NCBI GenBank assembly: GCA_964462785.1
Contig: CAYWZA010000002.1
Location: 1,061-65,060, forward strand
Direction: 5' to 3'
DNA length: 64,000 nucleotides
DNA from: an uncultured Candidatus Saccharibacteria bacterium
GTDB lineage: Bacteria; Patescibacteriota; Minisyncoccia; Phycocordibacterales; UBA2100
Shown: piece after piece, positions 10,489-19,142 of the stretch
How the letters are laid out: every line of letters begins with the position of its first letter
Position numbering within the stretch: the first letter of the stretch is position 1
Program-made: the position numbers and the translations under genes
The notes under the pieces: generated by a model
What the model saw: the letters and a program-made list of their open reading frames with translations, nothing else
What the model was told of the DNA's origin: nothing
The model's database searches: none

Positions 10489-11940
10489 ATGAATGTCTCT
10501 TTTACGGGCTGGCGAACACAGCTCATTGTAGCCATCTCCTCACTTTTTATTCTATGTATTGTTGGAATGAGCACGCCGGCACATGCGCAGCAGGTGGATG
10601 CTGGGGCTAATGCGCAGTGTCAAGCTTCGTGGACCGGATATTACAGTGCGTGTATGGCGAGGCCGGGTGCAAGTGCTGCCGCATGTCAGCAAGAAGCTAA
10701 CGGGAAAAACCTAGCCACAGCATGCAGTGGAAAGTGTAGCGGTCTATGTAATTTCCCCATGGGAGGCGGAGCAATTGCAAATGTCTGTGGAGGGTTGAAG
10801 TGTGGTGACCAGCCCGAGGGGGCATCCGATGCGGGGGCACAAAAAGCCATGGAAATGGCGAAGCAGCTCATGGACGCCCTTAAAAGCAAATCTGGTGGGG
10901 GAGGGGGTGGCGCAGGAGGTGAAACACCGCCGTTTGAAAATACTCCTCCGCCTCCTCCTGATGCCGCAAACTTCAATACCAATAGCGCAACAAGCACGTT
11001 CGGGAGCATTTTTAATACGGGGACGAATAGCACCGCGAGCTTTACCCAAACCGCCGCGCAGCGTATTACCAACGCGGCTGCGGACATCTTCTCATCCATT
11101 GTGGGTGGTGCAGCCAGCGAGCAAGCGAATAATGCAAACAACACAGACGCGTCCGCCCTCAAAGGTTCACAACCCGTGGTCGGGAGCACGCAAGCAGAAC
11201 GCAACAAAAACAGCAAACGAGATCCAAAGGATGACATCATCACGCGGGGAAAAGATGACGCTGTTGCAATGAATCTCACATCGTTTTTCGATAGATTTTT
11301 CGGTCGGGATGAGCAGATGAATAATGGCGTATCATTTTTCGGGCGCCTGTGCACAGCACGACCATGGCAAGCGTCTCTAGTTGCGCGGGTACTTTCTGAA
11401 AACTTCTTTGATTCATTGTGTGCACGGCAGGGTTTTGCACTCGAGAATGGTCGCTCAGATGTTTTCAATGCACGTTTTGGCAGCGCCCTTGGCGGTGCTG
11501 AGCTTACGTGCCCGCATAAAGCGAAAATTGGAGACACGGTGAACATTGCATGGAACTGTGGCGCAACGCAGAGTGTTGGTCTTGGTTTTGATACGGGCGG
11601 GAGCCCGTCCGGCAGTGTTGCGCTGCAGCCAGAAGACACCGCAGAATACCAATTGCGTTGTGGGAATGGTGGTCGCGCCCGATGTCTCATTGAGATTGAA
11701 CGACCGCGTGCAGAAATTACCGCCTATCCAGCACTGGTGCGCCTTGGTGCGCGCACTGAAATTTTCTGGACGAGTGAGCACGTCGCCTCATGTGTCATCG
11801 AGGGCCCTGGGCTCAAAGAGCTAGGTGTTCGCGGCGCAGCGACTACTCCAGTTATTCTCACCGGCGTTACCTATACTATTGTGTGTCACGATGAGGCAGG
11901 CAGGGAAGCGCGAGACAGTGTGACCGTTGAAGCGAATTAA
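10489..11940 (+). CDS. Secreted paralog-family protein P1 (483 aa): signal peptide, Cys-rich N-terminal module, Gly-rich motif, C-terminal twin beta-domain
   Basis: Signal peptide ends ...TPAHA. The N-terminal motif is CQASWTGYYSAC and the Gly run is GGGGGGAGGETPP. The GRLCTARPW...FFDSLC motif is shared with P2. The C-terminal twin domain aligns with the C-termini of the 476-, 819- and 2785-aa proteins. Confidence 0.7.
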   Translation: MNVSFTGWRTQLIVAISSLFILCIVGMSTPAHAQQVDAGANAQCQASWTGYYSACMARPGASAAACQQEANGKNLATACSGKCSGLCNFPMGGGAIANVCGGLKCGDQPEGASDAGAQKAMEMAKQLMDALKSKSGGGGGGAGGETPPFENTPPPPPDAANFNTNSATSTFGSIFNTGTNSTASFTQTAAQRITNAAADIFSSIVGGAASEQANNANNTDASALKGSQPVVGSTQAERNKNSKRDPKDDIITRGKDDAVAMNLTSFFDRFFGRDEQMNNGVSFFGRLCTARPWQASLVARVLSENFFDSLCARQGFALENGRSDVFNARFGSALGGAELTCPHKAKIGDTVNIAWNCGATQSVGLGFDTGGSPSGSVALQPEDTAEYQLRCGNGGRARCLIEIERPRAEITAYPALVRLGARTEIFWTSEHVASCVIEGPGLKELGVRGAATTPVILTGVTYTIVCHDEAGREARDSVTVEAN

Positions 11941-11948
11941 TAGCCGGT

Positions 11949-13379
11949 ATGTACGCAATGCGAATACCACTCAGCATTCTACTCAGCGTGATTGTTGCGG
12001 GAGCTTTCGCTGTGCATCATGCAGCCGCGCAAGAGACCGCGGGACAGGTGGATAGCTCGAATAAAATTTGCGCCAGCTGGTGGAAGCAGTGTGAGGGGAA
12101 ACCTTGTGCATCAAACCCGCCCGCATGCTCTCAGCAAATAACAGGGGGTTCCGCATCCGGTCATTGCAAAGGACCATTATGCAATGCGGAATCATACACC
12201 GACGCACAAGGTGATACGAAGTCAATCCAAGATGCCATGGGCTTCTTTCAGCAGGCGATGGGCATGATTCAGGGTCTTTTGGGTAAGGGAGGGGGCGCGG
12301 GCGCAGGTGGTGGCGAGGTTCCGCCACCGACGGGCAGCTCAGGATCACTTCCCAACGTGGCTCCTTCACCGGCAGATTTCTTTTCGGGCGCGTCAGGGAG
12401 TGCATCCACTAATCAGAACACTGATACAGAAACGCAAAAAGCCGCTGAAGAACCAAGTGCGACTTTTTTAAACGCAGTCTCCAAAGGATTCAACACTATC
12501 ACTGACAAAATTACTGAAGTGACGGTTGGTATTACCGAAAAGGCGCCTACGAAAACGGATGAAAGTACAAAGACAATAGACGCGACGCGCCCAGACACCG
12601 AGAAAGGCACCGGCACCAGCGCGACGACCCCCAAAAAAGAAAGCAGCGGCGTATCTGGTTTTTATAATGCAAATACATTTGGTCCGAATGCCGATCTTTC
12701 GCTTATCGGTCGTGTGTGCGAGACGCGCCCGTGGGCAGCAGGACTCATCGCACGTTTCGTCGCACCATCATTTTTTGACAGCATGTGTAGCAAAGGGGGA
12801 TACCACGTTGGACCGTATGATCCAGCGACCCAAGTGCCGGTGAATGCCACCGAGATGGTGCAGTCGGCGAGAGAGCGCGCCGCTGCAGAGCAGGCGCTTA
12901 ATGCGCGCGGAGAGATGCAAAAAGGTATTCGCTGCGCACCGGTCATTATCCGCCAAGGGGCGGAGGCGGCGCTGGAATTTTCCTGCGGCACTGGTGAGCG
13001 TTTACTGCGCGCTGTCGGCTTCAGAGCGGGGGTCAACGATAGTAGGGTGATTGTCCGCCCGGAGAAGACCACGGTATATGGCATACAGTGCTCGAATAAT
13101 TTTGAGGCAGCATGTGAAGTGAAGGTTGTGAACCCGCGCGTGGTGGTGTGGTCAGAACCAAAAACAGTTCGCCTCGGGTCGCGCGCGGTCATTCGCTGGA
13201 ATACGCAGGATGTTGAAAAAGGATCATGCACCGTGAAAGGAAATAGCTTCTCGCAAACAGGCGAGCGTGGTGGTGCATCCACCGTCCCCATCACTGGAGC
13301 CACTCCCTTCACTGCAACTTGCACCGCACTCGACGGGCAGCCGATCACCGAAACTCTCACTGTCGATTTGGCGCTATAG
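11949..13379 (+). CDS. Secreted paralog-family protein P2 (476 aa)
   Basis: It has a signal peptide, the motif CASWWKQCEGKPC, the segment MGMIQGLLGKGGGAGAGGG, the GRVCETRPW...FFDSMC motif and a C-terminal twin domain. The architecture is the same as P1. Confidence 0.7.
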   Translation: MYAMRIPLSILLSVIVAGAFAVHHAAAQETAGQVDSSNKICASWWKQCEGKPCASNPPACSQQITGGSASGHCKGPLCNAESYTDAQGDTKSIQDAMGFFQQAMGMIQGLLGKGGGAGAGGGEVPPPTGSSGSLPNVAPSPADFFSGASGSASTNQNTDTETQKAAEEPSATFLNAVSKGFNTITDKITEVTVGITEKAPTKTDESTKTIDATRPDTEKGTGTSATTPKKESSGVSGFYNANTFGPNADLSLIGRVCETRPWAAGLIARFVAPSFFDSMCSKGGYHVGPYDPATQVPVNATEMVQSARERAAAEQALNARGEMQKGIRCAPVIIRQGAEAALEFSCGTGERLLRAVGFRAGVNDSRVIVRPEKTTVYGIQCSNNFEAACEVKVVNPRVVVWSEPKTVRLGSRAVIRWNTQDVEKGSCTVKGNSFSQTGERGGASTVPITGATPFTATCTALDGQPITETLTVDLAL

Positions 13380-13405
13380 AAAATAGTGGTATATTATGGG
13401 CGCAT

Positions 13406-13478
13406 CCGCCCTTAGCTCAGTTGGTAGAGCAGCTCCCTTTTAAGGAGTTGGTCGTTGGTTCGAATCCAACAGGGCGGA
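13406..13478 (+). tRNA. tRNA-Lys (anticodon TTT)
   Basis: A manual cloverleaf fits. The acceptor stem CCGCCCT pairs with AGGGCGG. The D-arm is GCTCAGTTGGTAGAGC, the anticodon loop is CTTTTAA and the T-arm is GTTGGTTCGAATCCAAC. Confidence 0.8.
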
Positions 13479-13486
13479 CATGACAG

Positions 13487-13513
13487 AAAAACCTGCACTG
13501 ATGCAGGTTTTTC
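13487..13513 (+). terminator. Rho-independent terminator after tRNA-Lys
   Basis: The hairpin is aaaacctgca, loop ctga, then tgcaggtttt, followed by a T-run. Confidence 0.7.
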
Positions 13514-13584
13514 GGTACATGTCCGAGCCGCAGCGCGACCAAAGTTTCTTCGAGTGAAGCGAGTTAGAAACTGGGAGTACTCCT

Positions 13585-13705
13585 GTGGTGATGTTTTTGT
13601 TTGCCGGAGCGAAGCGCAGGCAAGGCAAAAACCGCGAGGCGGGTGAGCTGCGAATACTTGCAGCAGCGCAAGACCTTTTGAGCGATTTTGGAGTGCGCCA
13701 GCACG
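13585..13705 (+). repeat. tRNA-linked structured repeat element, copy E1 (degenerate, downstream of tRNA-Lys)
   Basis: The core gatgtttttgtttgccggagcgaagcgcaggcaaggcaaaaaccgcgag is about 94% identical to the core downstream of tRNA-Arg-TCT at 42107. A second hairpin (gcgattttg...caaaatcgc) follows. Confidence 0.6.
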
Positions 13706-13776
13706 AACAAAATCGCCAAAAGGTGTACAGGTCATGTAATGACCGCGACCGAGCGCGCGAGAGTTGTGACAACAAA

Positions 13777-14163
13777 CTATAACGGCAAATCAAACGCAAA
13801 CGCACCCGGACCGGTGATCATGACTGAGAAAGACATTACCAAAAGAAGGAGTGTGGTGCTCAAAGGGAAAGGTCGAGCGGGGCGACCGAGTATGAGCCAT
13901 GCGAGAGTGAGCAGTACACCCAAAAGAGCGCCAAGCTGTGCGTAAGAGCCGAGCATAAGGGAGAGGGCGCATGCGCACTCAAGCAACGCCATGATGTACG
14001 CGAGGGGAGATCGAATACCGCGCGCGTGGATGTATGCCGCGAGTGCAAATACCACCGCCGCTGCAGCGCGGATGATAAGCGCGGAGAGTGGGGTAAGAAA
14101 CAAGAGCTCAGGAAACATGCTCAACATGCACATATCGTAGCATGATGATAAGGTGGGGTGCAT
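13777..14163 (-). CDS. Hypothetical small integral membrane protein (128 aa)
   Basis: The ORF is strongly hydrophobic with several predicted TM segments. No recognisable family was found. It overlaps the start of the next gene by 11 nt. Confidence 0.3.
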   Translation of the reverse strand: MHPTLSSCYDMCMLSMFPELLFLTPLSALIIRAAAAVVFALAAYIHARGIRSPLAYIMALLECACALSLMLGSYAQLGALLGVLLTLAWLILGRPARPFPLSTTLLLLVMSFSVMITGPGAFAFDLPL

Positions 14164-14629
14164 GAGAGATCGGCATACAGTGGTATTGCTTCACAACATT
14201 CGCAGTGCGCACAATGTGGGTTCGATATTTCGCACGAGCGACGCGGCGGGGGTGGAGCGGATAATTCTGAGCGGCTATACACCGCGCCCTGTGGATCGAT
14301 TTGGGCGGGGTCAAAAGGATATTGCGAAAACAGCGCTTGGTGCCGAAAAGAGCGTGCCGTGGGAGTATGTGAAAACACCACAAGAGATCATCAACAAACT
14401 ACATGCGAACGGTTGGAGTATTATCGGCGTTGAACAAGATGCGCGGGCAAAAAACTATCGCGAACCGCTTCCTCTAAAGCGTGTGTTTGTGCTCGGCAAC
14501 GAAGTACGTGGACTCTCGCACACAATGCGTGCGCAGTGCGATATGTTGATTGAAATCCCCATGCGTGGCAAAAAGGAGTCGCTCAATGTGTCTGTCGCTG
14601 CAGGAATCATTCTGTTTGGGTGCAGGTAA
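14153..14629 (+). CDS. SpoU-family RNA 2'-O-methyltransferase (TrmH/TrmL-like)
   Basis: 158 aa with the SPOUT motifs HNVGSIFRTSDAAG, LGNEVRGLS and IPMRG..ESLNVSVAAGIILF. Confidence 0.75.
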   Translation: MGCMRDRHTVVLLHNIRSAHNVGSIFRTSDAAGVERIILSGYTPRPVDRFGRGQKDIAKTALGAEKSVPWEYVKTPQEIINKLHANGWSIIGVEQDARAKNYREPLPLKRVFVLGNEVRGLSHTMRAQCDMLIEIPMRGKKESLNVSVAAGIILFGCR

Positions 14630-14637
14630 CACAGTTT

Positions 14638-15660
14638 CTAATATGTCCACACATCTATGGTGCGACCCTGCGCATCCAAAAGACGTATCACTTCATGATC
14701 GTTGCTCCACAATTCTCCCGCTGCTCCCAAAAAAATACGCCACGTATCTCCGTCGAATGACGGGCGCCATTTGTGGCGGGCGAGGCAGCCGTTATAGGTG
14801 AGGGCATTGCGCATGAATGAGGAACAGGTATCGCTCACAGGTGGCGGCTCGCCAAAAATAAAGCGACAGATAGGCAATGAGCGCGCATATGCAACGCACG
14901 CGGGATCAGCAGTGCGGCTGGTCGCCGGCTCAGTCAAGACCTCATTTTCAGGGCTGGGGCAGCGCTCATCCAAGCTCGGTACGAACGTTTGGAATTGCCC
15001 TAAATAGCCAGTGCACGCATTTTCCTTGAATGATGTCCCCACAGGCGAGCGCCCCGAGACGATGAGCGCCTGATCACCAGCATCGAGCGATATCGCTGCT
15101 GTCTGTGGCACTTCACCCATCACAAAATGGCGCGTGCCACTGGGGATGGTATAGCGCCCGCGCGAATACACGCTCTGCAGCGTCCACCCGGTAATCTGCA
15201 CGGGCGCGGTGTTTTCGCTATCGGCGATGAGCGTTATGTATTCGAGTGAAGGGTCATCTGATGTTGCGCCGGAATATGATTCACCGATGCGCACGAGCCC
15301 GCGATAGGGCGAAGGGCTGCCAAATTGTTTTGCATCCACGATGCGAGCAGAGAGTTCGTCGTATTGTCGCTCGATTGAGAGCAGTTCATCCCTCGGCGAT
15401 TGTTCAAATGAACCCGAATCGCCGATATCATCAAAACTCAATGCCGGGTAATCAGTAGGAATATCAGGTACGGCAGGAAAGGGAAATGGCGCATCGGTTG
15501 TTGATGTGGCATTACGGCTCTCAAAAATGAGTGTAAATGGATTGGTGAAAAATTGTTTGCGTCGTTCAATCTCCTCTCCCGAGTCGTTGAGGCGGAATAT
15601 GAGAATGCCGATTGCGGCGATGATGAGGAAGAGTAATAAAAGGCGCTGAAGCATATCCAC
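14638..15660 (-). CDS. Hypothetical membrane-anchored or secreted protein (340 aa)
   Basis: There is an N-terminal TM helix and several Cys residues. No confident family assignment was possible. Confidence 0.4.
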   Translation of the reverse strand: MDMLQRLLLLFLIIAAIGILIFRLNDSGEEIERRKQFFTNPFTLIFESRNATSTTDAPFPFPAVPDIPTDYPALSFDDIGDSGSFEQSPRDELLSIERQYDELSARIVDAKQFGSPSPYRGLVRIGESYSGATSDDPSLEYITLIADSENTAPVQITGWTLQSVYSRGRYTIPSGTRHFVMGEVPQTAAISLDAGDQALIVSGRSPVGTSFKENACTGYLGQFQTFVPSLDERCPSPENEVLTEPATSRTADPACVAYARSLPICRFIFGEPPPVSDTCSSFMRNALTYNGCLARHKWRPSFDGDTWRIFLGAAGELWSNDHEVIRLLDAQGRTIDVWTY

Positions 15661-15663
15661 TGA

Positions 15664-16923
15664 TTATACCTTCCGCGCAGACATAAGCGCCTTTAATTCC
15701 TCGCGCACCACGACCTCATCGCTCCATGCAGTGTTGCGCCCACCCGCGCCATGAATGGATGGCTCGCTGCCTTTGCCGGTGATGAGCACCGCGTCATTGC
15801 CGAGCGCGCGCGAAAGCGCTTCGCGAATCGCGAGGCGACGATCGAGGATAATAGTGGGCGGCTTTTTCATATCACGCGCGATCATATCCGCGATAGATCG
15901 GGGATCTTCGTCATAGGGGTCCTCGGTGGTGAGAATCACTTCAGCACAGCGCTCATCGGCAATCGCTCCCATCACCGGGCGCTTCCAAAGATCGCGCCCG
16001 CCGCCGGTGCCACCCAATACACAGATGAGGCGCTTACCCTTGTATGCGTCATAGAGTGCAGTGAGTGAATCGGGCGTGTGCGCGTAATCAACAATGACGG
16101 AGAATGGCTGCCCCTCGGTAATCGATTGGGCGCGCCCGCGAATTTCGGTGACGCGCGCAAGCCCGCGTGCGATAACCGGCTCTTGAATATCGAAAGTGCG
16201 CGCGGTGATGGCCGCTGCGAGCGCGTTATAGAGAGAGAATAAGCCGGGGAGTGTTATGCGCATGTCGGTATCACCGAGATGAAATGACCCGCCGGTGTGA
16301 TCTGCATGATAGGGCTCCACTTGCTTGAGTGAAAAAGGAATGCGTTCATCAGCGTCGAGCGCAAGGAAGCGCCCCCCGAGCGCGTCGTCAGCGTTCGCTA
16401 CGATAACGCGGCGCGGCTTTTTCGAGCGGGCGAGCTGCTCGCCGAGCGAGAGTTTTGCGGCGATGTAAGCCTCAAGCGAACCATGCGAATCGATATGCTC
16501 GGGAGCGAGATTGGTAAACACGAGGCAATCCATATGGAGGAAGCGGTGGCGGAATTGTGCGGCACCCTCGGAGGTCATTTCAATGATGGCGACCGTGCAA
16601 TCATGATCAATTGCGCGCGCGAGGAAACGCTGAATGCCGAAGCGCCCGGGCATGCTCATGCGCAATGTATTTGGCTTGGTCTTCTCTCCCGTCTTTATGC
16701 GCAGCGAATTCAGCACTGCCGTTGTGTAGCCCGCTTCTTCAAAAATAGCGTTCAATAATTCGGTCGTGCTCGTTTTTCCTTTTGTGCCAGTAACGCCGAT
16801 GAGCGTAATCCGACGCGACGGCATAAAAAACACAAGCGATGCAAACCACGCCCAGAGAAAGTGATACACGGAAAGCAGTGGAGAGGGGACAGCTTCGCGC
16901 ACTGAAGATTTTACTCCCGCCAT
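15664..16923 (-). CDS. Mur ligase family protein (MurE-like, lacking the usual N-terminal domain; N-terminal TM segment)
   Basis: The ATP-binding loop reads LIGVTGTKGKTSTT. EMTSEG and NLAPEHIDSHGSLEAYIAAK match Mur ligase central-domain motifs. Confidence 0.6.
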   Translation of the reverse strand: MAGVKSSVREAVPSPLLSVYHFLWAWFASLVFFMPSRRITLIGVTGTKGKTSTTELLNAIFEEAGYTTAVLNSLRIKTGEKTKPNTLRMSMPGRFGIQRFLARAIDHDCTVAIIEMTSEGAAQFRHRFLHMDCLVFTNLAPEHIDSHGSLEAYIAAKLSLGEQLARSKKPRRVIVANADDALGGRFLALDADERIPFSLKQVEPYHADHTGGSFHLGDTDMRITLPGLFSLYNALAAAITARTFDIQEPVIARGLARVTEIRGRAQSITEGQPFSVIVDYAHTPDSLTALYDAYKGKRLICVLGGTGGGRDLWKRPVMGAIADERCAEVILTTEDPYDEDPRSIADMIARDMKKPPTIILDRRLAIREALSRALGNDAVLITGKGSEPSIHGAGGRNTAWSDEVVVREELKALMSARKV

Positions 16924-16924
16924 A

Positions 16925-17500
16925 TTATTTTTTCTTGCCCCCTAATGAGCGCAGCGCCGCGGTGAGCCGCGCACCTTCGCCCACGACATCGTCGTCCACC
17001 TGCGCGAGCGCATCGCGCGCCTCTTTGAGCGAGTATCCCAGGCCGCGCAGTGCCTCGAGCGTTCCCTCGTCGCCCTCGTGCCCTGTGGCAATGATGCCCA
17101 ATGATTCGATTTTATCTTTCAACTCAAGGACGATTTTTTCTGCAGTTTTTTTACCGATGCCGGAGACATTCGTGAGGTATGTCGCTTTGCCCGCGCCAAT
17201 CGCTGACGCGAGTGTATCAATGCCCGCTAGTGAGAGAATCGAGAGCGCCGATTTCGGACCAATACCGGAAACACTCAAAAGCAGCTCAAACATCCGGCGC
17301 TCCTGATCCTCCAAAAATCCATACAAATCGAGCGCATCCTCGCGCACGGCGGTATATATATTGAGTGTCGTAGACGCCCCCTCCTTGAGAGTGGCACGTG
17401 TTGCCGGTGTGGCAAAGATGCGATAGCCCACACCCGAGACATCGAGCACCACGTCGTGCTCGCGTATCGCTGCCACAGTGCCCCGAAGCCGTGCAATCAT
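16925..17500 (-). CDS. ruvA: Holliday junction DNA helicase subunit RuvA
   Basis: The N-terminus MIARLRGTV...GVGYRI is typical of RuvA. Helix-hairpin-helix motifs (GIGPKSA and GIGKKTAEKI) and the C-terminal RuvB-interaction domain are present. Confidence 0.85.
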   Translation of the reverse strand: MIARLRGTVAAIREHDVVLDVSGVGYRIFATPATRATLKEGASTTLNIYTAVREDALDLYGFLEDQERRMFELLLSVSGIGPKSALSILSLAGIDTLASAIGAGKATYLTNVSGIGKKTAEKIVLELKDKIESLGIIATGHEGDEGTLEALRGLGYSLKEARDALAQVDDDVVGEGARLTAALRSLGGKKK

Positions 17501-17574
17501 ATACCCATCATAGCAAAGCTCCACAGATCAGACGCATTGCAAAATATCCATATATTGTGTACAGTGCACGAACT

Positions 17575-17829
17575 ATGGCAATCATAAAATCAGCCAAGAA
17601 AGCCCATCGGCAAGCGAAGCGTCGCCGGATATTTAACCTGCGCCGCACACGCGCCATGAAAGACGCCGTTGGCGAATTCAAAAAGACCATTACTGCAAAG
17701 GGGACGCCAAATGTCTCTACGCTCTATCAAACGATAGATAAGGCAGTAAAGCGCGGGGTGATCAAGGCTAATACCGCCGCGCGCATGAAATCAAGATTGA
17801 CGCGGAGGATGTCCACAGGGGCGAAGTAG
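17575..17829 (+). CDS. rpsT: 30S ribosomal protein S20
   Basis: The ORF reads MAIIKSAKKAHRQAKRRRIFNLRRTRAMK..., the canonical S20 N-terminus. It is about 84 aa. Confidence 0.85.
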   Translation: MAIIKSAKKAHRQAKRRRIFNLRRTRAMKDAVGEFKKTITAKGTPNVSTLYQTIDKAVKRGVIKANTAARMKSRLTRRMSTGAK

Positions 17830-17859
17830 GCTTTCTCCAACAACCCCTATACTTACCTT

Positions 17860-18849
17860 ATGCGTAAAGCGCGTAAGTCTGCGAACGTTGAAGTCATCGC
17901 TTTTTCTATTTTTATAGTTGCACTGGTTGGCTATAACATTTTGGGCACATTCTCAATTCTTCCGCAGAGCATGGGGGCGGCAGCAGGATCTTCAAATATA
18001 GATTGTGGCGCATCTTGGAAAGGTTTCTATCAGAAAGCACAGGCTGATTATCCGCCACCCCAAGGGAATGATGCAAAATGGAAACAAGAGGCCGACACAA
18101 AAAATCAGACCCAGCCATGTAGCGAGCCTGGCGGTTCGGGTAAATGCGGATTTGGGATGGCCCCAAACATAACTCCAAATGCGACCGTATGTAGTGCGGA
18201 CAAGGACGATGCTGGTAATAAAGCCACCGATGAGGGGGCAAAACAAGCAATGGATGCTGCTAAAAAGGCAGCAGAAGATCTTGCAAAGAAGGCAGGTGAA
18301 AAAAAGGGAGGAGAGGGGGGAGGTATGCCACAGATGCCACAACCAAAAGAGAAGCCGCCAAAACAACCAGAAGATAATAAGGGATGCCCAGAAGGACAGG
18401 AGAAAACAGCAACCGGCTGCCAAGAGAAGAACCCGGCGGCAAACTTTGGAAGCGGCACGCTCTCAAATTTCCTCGAATCTTTTAAGAAAACTTTCGGGTT
18501 GACTGGCGGAAGTGGCAGTGGTGGCGAGACTCCGGAAGAAGCACTGGCGCGCATCGCTGGGGAGATAGATAAAGATCCAACCGTCCCTGCGCAAAGCAAG
18601 CCCGCCATTCAGGGATACGTAAAAGCATTTATTGACGAACATGGCGCAGCTCCTACAAGCGCGCAGATCAAGCAGGTCGTTGGCATGCCAGTGAATGAAA
18701 TTCCGCAAACCCGCGATGCTCTGCGCGAAGCTGCGCAAGGGCTGAATACTCTCGCACCATCCTCGGGTCTCTTCGGCAGCGGCAATAGCTCACCCGAAGA
18801 AACCAACGTTCTCAATCGAGTATTCAATTGGCTCAAGAATTTGATTTAA
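17860..18849 (+). CDS. Secreted paralog-family protein P3 (329 aa, short form with no C-terminal twin domain)
   Basis: It has an N-terminal TM/signal segment, the motif CGASWKGFY (compare CQASWTGYY in P1) and the Gly run KKGGEGGG. The protein is Lys/Glu/Pro-rich and low-complexity. Confidence 0.6.
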   Translation: MRKARKSANVEVIAFSIFIVALVGYNILGTFSILPQSMGAAAGSSNIDCGASWKGFYQKAQADYPPPQGNDAKWKQEADTKNQTQPCSEPGGSGKCGFGMAPNITPNATVCSADKDDAGNKATDEGAKQAMDAAKKAAEDLAKKAGEKKGGEGGGMPQMPQPKEKPPKQPEDNKGCPEGQEKTATGCQEKNPAANFGSGTLSNFLESFKKTFGLTGGSGSGGETPEEALARIAGEIDKDPTVPAQSKPAIQGYVKAFIDEHGAAPTSAQIKQVVGMPVNEIPQTRDALREAAQGLNTLAPSSGLFGSGNSSPEETNVLNRVFNWLKNLI

Positions 18850-18861
18850 TAGCTCGCTCAA

Positions 18862-18896
18862 AGAGAAAGCCGCCCCCAAGGGGCGGCTTTCTCTTT
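18862..18896 (+). terminator. Rho-independent terminator
   Basis: The hairpin is agagaaagccgcccc, loop caag, then gggcggctttctct, followed by Ts. Confidence 0.75.
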
Positions 18897-18953
18897 GACG
18901 GAGTTTGCGAATTGTTTATGGTCACAACTCGCGCCGGCTTCCGCCGGCTCGTT

Positions 18954-19142
18954 CGTGTCCCCTCGGCCGGAATCGGTCACGAATAAATCGCCTGACGGCG
19001 ATTTTTCGCTACCCCGGCTCGCGGTTTTTGTCTCCCCCTCATTTCATTCGGGGAAACAAAAACATCGCTGCGCCTTTCGATTCCGGACGCACAGTGCTCA
19101 AGCGCTATGCTCCGAGGGGACAGTTTTCGCTTCGCTCACGTG
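18954..19142 (-). repeat. tRNA-linked structured repeat element, copy E2, with a perfect 22-bp duplicate of the tRNA-Arg 3' end at its distal border
   Basis: The 22-mer cgtgtcccctcggccggaatcg occurs at 18954-18975 and again at 19139-19160. The second copy is the 3' end of the minus-strand tRNA plus 4 trailer nt. On the minus strand the interior holds the core gcagcgatgtttttgttt, hairpin 1, aaaaaccgcgagccgggg, hairpin 2 (aaatcgccgtcaggcgattt) and tcgtgacc. Confidence 0.7.

Noticed and set aside
10686-11690. 334-aa ORF on the minus strand
   Set aside because: It is entirely antisense to the well-supported secreted-protein gene P1 and has a Pro/Arg-rich composition typical of GC-rich antisense frames.
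13412-13805. Several 60-120 aa ORFs on both strands downstream of tRNA-Lys
   Set aside because: They overlap the tRNA and the repeat element E1. Equivalent ORFs appear over repeat copy E3, which indicates the ORFs are a by-product of repeated non-coding sequence.
18105-18608. 167-aa minus-strand ORF and other ORFs overlapping P3
   Set aside because: They are antisense to P3, have low-complexity composition and no start context.
19081-19142. Second tRNA-like fragment (cccctcggagcatagcgcttgagc...ccggaatcgaaagg) next to tRNA-Arg
   Set aside because: It does not fold into a complete cloverleaf. It is interpreted as the degenerate tRNA-derived 5' part of repeat element E2 rather than a gene.
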